This document shows, piece by piece, positions 63,497 through 64,000 of a stretch of DNA of 64,000 nucleotides. The DNA lies in IMG/VR virus record IMGVR_UViG_3300050190_000017. The stretch is one strand, 5' to 3'. Positions within the stretch are counted from its first letter, which is position 1; each line of letters starts with the position of its first letter. Position numbers and translations under genes: made by a program. The notes below the pieces were generated by a model. The model searched no databases. It was not told the origin of the DNA and worked only from the letters and a program-made list of their open reading frames with translations. The stretch is from a virus (Duplodnaviria > Heunggongvirae > Uroviricota > Caudoviricetes).

Positions 63497-64000
63497 TTAG
63501 ATCATGGACCCGATGGAACTGCTAACTGAGGAAGCTGCATTCCCCATTACCTTTGATCCTGCTGCACTTAACAGGTTTTTGAATTGTGAGGGGTTGGCTA
63601 GAACCCCATTAACTAGCGATTGGGCTACACCTACTATGTTTACAAACACGTCACCAACTGAGAAAGGGACTTGCGCTATCAATCTGTTAGAGGCACCGGA
63701 GTCTAACTGTAAGGCACTAAGATTAGTAGGCCAACATTCGGTGTACTCAACAATAGCCATCTGGCTTTTCGTAACGTCTAAAATGTAAATGTAAATCGGC
63801 TGCTTGTACTGCGAGGGTCTACCGAATCCGCCACCCGATGTAGCTGCTGAGTTAGCCGCAAAGGGGGAGATCATTGCGTTCTGCCATGCTTGCAAATACT
63901 GTAGTACTGTGTTCGACGAGTCCAGATAGAAGTGGAGTGTTAGGTTATCTACACTGTACTTATCTACGTAGTGTCTATCACGACCTTCCCTAAAGATGGG
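63497..64000 (-). CDS. Tail tube-like baseplate protein (5'-truncated by window)
   Basis: Frame is open to base 64000 (PIFREGRDRHYVDKYSVDNLTLHFYLD...); YTECWPTNLSALQLD matches a tube-fold motif. Confidence 0.65.
   Translation of the reverse strand, partial: PIFREGRDRHYVDKYSVDNLTLHFYLDSSNTVLQYLQAWQNAMISPFAANSAATSGGGFGRPSQYKQPIYIYILDVTKSQMAIVEYTECWPTNLSALQLDSGASNRLIAQVPFSVGDVFVNIVGVAQSLVNGVLANPSQFKNLLSAAGSKVMGNAASSVSSSIGSMI

Noticed and set aside
503-63788. Many antisense or out-of-frame ORFs in the supplied track (e.g. 503-880, 685-1173, 4361-4732, 31840-32319, 40685-41269, 60296-61039)
   Set aside because: They lie wholly over better-supported genes, lack RBSs and motifs, and have the low-complexity composition of shadow frames.
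1-64000. Alternative genetic code (stop reassignment, or ATG read as another residue, given the Met excess)
   Set aside because: Genes are long and intact under code 11, and TAG, TGA and TAA all end genes at sensible points. The Met excess is limited to exterior virion proteins while enzymes have normal Met at conserved positions.
1-64000. tRNA, rRNA or integrase genes
   Set aside because: Intergenic gaps are short and none showed a cloverleaf with T-loop and CCA features; no recombinase motifs were seen.

Overview
This window is a ~64 kb segment of a large lytic myovirus (jumbo-phage-like) genome in standard genetic code. No tRNA, rRNA, CRISPR or integrase was seen. 1-13.4 kb (+): end of the probable major capsid gene, an acidic scaffold-like protein, tail sheath and tube, and seven probable head-internal proteins sharing an N-terminal MKI(Q/K)LNAA(A/S)RL peptide. 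An intact three-subunit molybdo-flavo-iron-sulfur oxidoreductase operon (PaoABC/YagTSR type) and a papain-like protease lie inside this late head cluster. 13.4-32.9 kb (-): DNA metabolism block (DnaB, SF2 helicase, beta clamp, DnaX-like loader, SbcC/Rad50, Cas4-like nuclease), with two stand-alone tail-sheath C-terminal paralogs and a GIY-YIG endonuclease. 33-46.6 kb (mostly +): tail fibres and chaperones, 5'-3' exonuclease, holin, GH19 endolysin, TraR-like protein. 46.7-64 kb (-): Acb1-like 2H phosphodiesterase, collar fibre, baseplate, a second GIY-YIG endonuclease, tail lysozyme, tape-measure-like protein and tail chaperones. Main highlights: the phage-borne PaoABC operon; a candidate capsid-targeting and processing signal; Lys-poor exterior virion proteins (the fibres also Met-rich); two candidate phage promoter motifs; and two homing endonucleases each flanked by a duplicated terminus of a neighbouring gene. 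All family calls come from motif recognition by eye; no database search was run, and residue counts are hand counts.
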